From the NCBI GenBank assembly GCA_051294905.1, contig CM119384.1:9424001-9488000 (forward strand): a DNA stretch of 64,000 nucleotides, written 5' to 3'. Source of the DNA: Botryllus schlosseri. Lineage: Eukaryota. Below, one piece after another: positions 61,070 through 64,000 of this stretch. Within the stretch, counting starts at the first letter, position 1, and each line of letters starts with the position of its first letter. The position numbers and the translations under genes were made by a program. The notes under the pieces are model-generated. The model was not told where the DNA came from. It saw only the letters and a list, made by a program, of their open reading frames with translations, and did no database searches.

Positions 61070-61202
61070 CAGAGTTGGAGCTGGAGCCGGAGCAGTGGTA
61101 TTAATGCGGCTCCGGAGATGGAGCCGGGGCTAATATATGATGGAAGAAAGCTCCGGAGCCGGAGCTGGAGCCATGCAAATTTACGGCTGCTCCAAAGCCC
61201 TG
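61070..61202. mobile_element. GGAGCC-repeat MITE with imperfect TIRs
   Basis: cagagttggagc ... gctccaaagccctg. Confidence 0.7.
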
Positions 61203-61700
61203 CTTGACTCGAGTCATTTTCTCAAAATTCGGAAATGACTCCACTCGACTCGAGTCAATTTGTGTATTGACTCGACTTGAACTCGAGTCATCGCGCATGA
61301 CTCGGACCAAGTCATATGACTTGAGACTCGGGCAGCAAAGGCCGACATATCATGGTAATATCGAATAGTAAAGCTATGGCACTATTGGGATTTCGTATAT
61401 TGGTACTGCATGGTACTTGAAAATGTGACCAGAAACTGCTAAACGCGAAGAAAATTAGTATATTATAAATGCGAACCATTCGATATCACCAAGCAGAATT
61501 GTGGGTTTAACAAGACTGGAAACTGACCAGTCAACACAATGACTTAGACTCGGACTCGAGTCCTAATACCATGACTCGGACTCGAACCTCTGCTCGCAGA
61601 CTCGGTGGTGAATTGAAAATGACTCGACTTGACTGCAGTAAACACTATAAAAGTGAGATTGACTTGTGACTCGGAGCCTCGTAACTTGGTTACAACCCTT
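61203..61700. mobile_element. CAGGGTTGTAA / GACTCGAGTC MITE, left end lost
   Basis: Collinear with 16879-17394; ends gttacaaccc. Confidence 0.82.
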
Positions 61701-64000
61701 GTGCCAAATGCATGTCTGGTATAGTCTTTCATGTGCAAAACTTTATATTTTGAATATATTCCTGTCGCTATTGCTGCTGCTCAGCCAACGTTGGGACGAG
61801 TCGAGTCATATAACAACGAAATTCATCGACAATTCTAGATATCCCTGCAATGGCCAACTGAAGTACGTACATTTTACGACGTTATGATCTTACTAATCTA
61901 TAATAATTAATTTTCGAGCGTAAAATTGACCTGACGAACATGATGTTAAACAAAACAGATTTCAAGGGCAAAACCGAAAAACCCAGGTGATGCTCGAAAA
62001 AAAAACAGATCTGGGTGAAAAAGAAATCAGGAGTTGCATGTCTGGTCAGTGGTCATGCTGTGATGCGATTGTGCAGTCTCGTTTTATATTGAGCCCCCAT
62101 TGTTATGTCACAAGAAATTGACCGTAAACGAAGTGAATAGATCAGGGCTGATCCCGACATCCTCTGATCAGGCTACGCAACTGGCGGACTGCGGTCCTAA
62201 TGCGGACGTTTTCAGTGTTGAATCCTGAGCTTATCTGTCTCAATTTACTTATATTTTTAACAAAACGAAATCGACTATCGCTGATTTGCAAAAGCAAAGA
62301 GAAGTGATAATTTTCCTGCATTCACCACTGATTTCGTCTCGTCCTCGTCACCTCGTCACTCGTCACACATTTCGATGATTGATTTTGCTAATACTGCTTT
62401 ACCAAATTTTGTATATAGTTTTACCGTATTATTTTGTATTATGGTATCCTATATATACCATTTTTGGGCAAACTGCAGCTCGCGAGCCGCATGCAGCTGT
62501 TTGAGCCTTTAATTTCGGCTCTTTAATGATTACACAATGTACAATTGCGCGTGCACAATTGCACATGCGTTTCGCCATTTTGCTAGAGAGATTTAACCTG
62601 ATAAAAGATTTAAATGATAAATTGATGCATTTTATCACATATTAACAATATGCGTGTTGTTTTCGTGTTGTTTCTTTCCTTGTGGTTTACGTAACTCTTG
62701 TAAAATTGAGGGGAAGGTGGCACTATAGGGTTAGAACTTTGCAATTGAACTCTCAAAATCTAGTTCACAACTGCAGGTAAACCTTTCACCCGCAACGATG
62801 GAACATGTTCATCAATATACGATTGTGTTCAACAATGAACTTGATAATTAATCACGGTAGCGCCCTAGCGCAGGTCACAATCATTTCCGGACTAACAATG
62901 GTGAATACTGAATACGGCTCTTCGATTCGTATCGTAAAGGCTAGCAATGACGGCACAGTGCATACTGCACAGCAGACATAAGGTGATTACTTCACGAATG
63001 TAATCGATTGCGATTACGGTTACTTCTGAATCACGCAAATACGATTACAAATACGATTATAGCAAAATCGGGAAGGAGTTACATTTATTTTGCTTATGAG
63101 AACTTATTGGAAGACCTCTGAGAGAATAACTTTTTCAGATGAGTCGTCATAACATCATTTGCTGTTGATGTCATAATATACCCCCAGCATAACTTATAGA
63201 AATGAACATTTCGTGCCGGCCATTACCGCGCCACCTCAGCAAGACCAACATGTGACTCCGCGAAGTATGCTGGCAAAGGAATGCCTTGACCGTAAGTTTG
63301 TGTATGTGTCCATTGTCCATGGCTGCGCCGGATGGTCTCGAAGAATAGTCCTGTCCTCCAAATCTGAGCCTCACAATACAATTGTCACCCGGGGCACCAA
63401 CTGAGGAAATTCATGCGCCCGTAACAATAAGGAAATTTATGTGTGCGTATACGAAAAATTTTTCTTTCCGCTACATTTTGGCGACTCCGATATCTCTTGA
63501 CTGTATAGTAGACGCGAAGTCACGAATTAACAACATTCAATAAAGTAATAATAACAACGGGCCCGCCCGAAGATGTTAGAATTATGAAATAGGCCTATGT
63601 GCCCTAATTTTCGAAGACACCCACGTCCCCCAGCTTAACCGGTAAATCTGACCGCGGGAGCTGAGAGAGGATTAAAATGAACATTATTATATGCAATTAC
63701 CAATATTTTACACGAAATAAGTCATGAACTTGAAAAATTGTTTGCGCTTGGCGCGACTTGGCAACGAATATACAGCGAATTCATATCCCATCTAAACTTG
63801 CCTTTCAGTTGTTGCGAAAAACCCGATCGTAAAAAGGGGTCTGGGGTACTTCGCCCGCCAGACGTTTTGGTTATCACCCTATTATTAAGGACCCAAGACC
63901 ACCGTTTGGGGTAGGACGAAGTGCTGTTTCGGTCCTGATTCCAGCTGCAACCCACGCTTACATGGTGGAAATCGTCATGTTTAATTTGACGAGTACAAAG

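Noticed and set aside
63171-63955. Possible exons of a further gene at the window end (+ 63241-63292; - 63722-63955)
   Set aside because: No recognisable domain and the exons cannot be linked within the window.

Overview
Eukaryotic, intron-rich, AT-rich genomic DNA (roughly 38-40% GC by eye) from an invertebrate animal; a tunicate or similar is a low-confidence guess. By hand-splicing GT-AG exons with consistent phases I can support four protein-coding genes. (1) A + strand gene (>=864-5955, 5' end unresolved) encoding three or more tandem divergent C1q/TNF-like jelly-roll domains. (2) A - strand 4-exon fucosyltransferase-like gene (11420-6832, 405 aa; GLGD / MRTG / VTSD / SLFG motifs). (3) A + strand 2-exon TMEM53/DUF829-family gene (12392-15131, about 286 aa) head-to-head with gene 2. 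(4) A - strand 15-exon, about 30 kb gene (55225-24753, about 612 aa): signal peptide, Ig, three microexons, EGF, HormR-like, GAIN-like, GPS, then ONE transmembrane helix and a short acidic tail. This is an adhesion-GPCR-type ectodomain without a 7TM and with a degenerate autoproteolysis site, and it is the most interesting object in the window. There is also a frameshifted Buster-type hAT transposase (59498-57726) and a dense, nested population of hAT and TA-flanked MITEs, foldback elements and tRNA-derived SINEs, many with readable target-site duplications. No rRNA, genuine tRNA or CRISPR array was seen. All gene models are manual and have no RNA or homology-search support.
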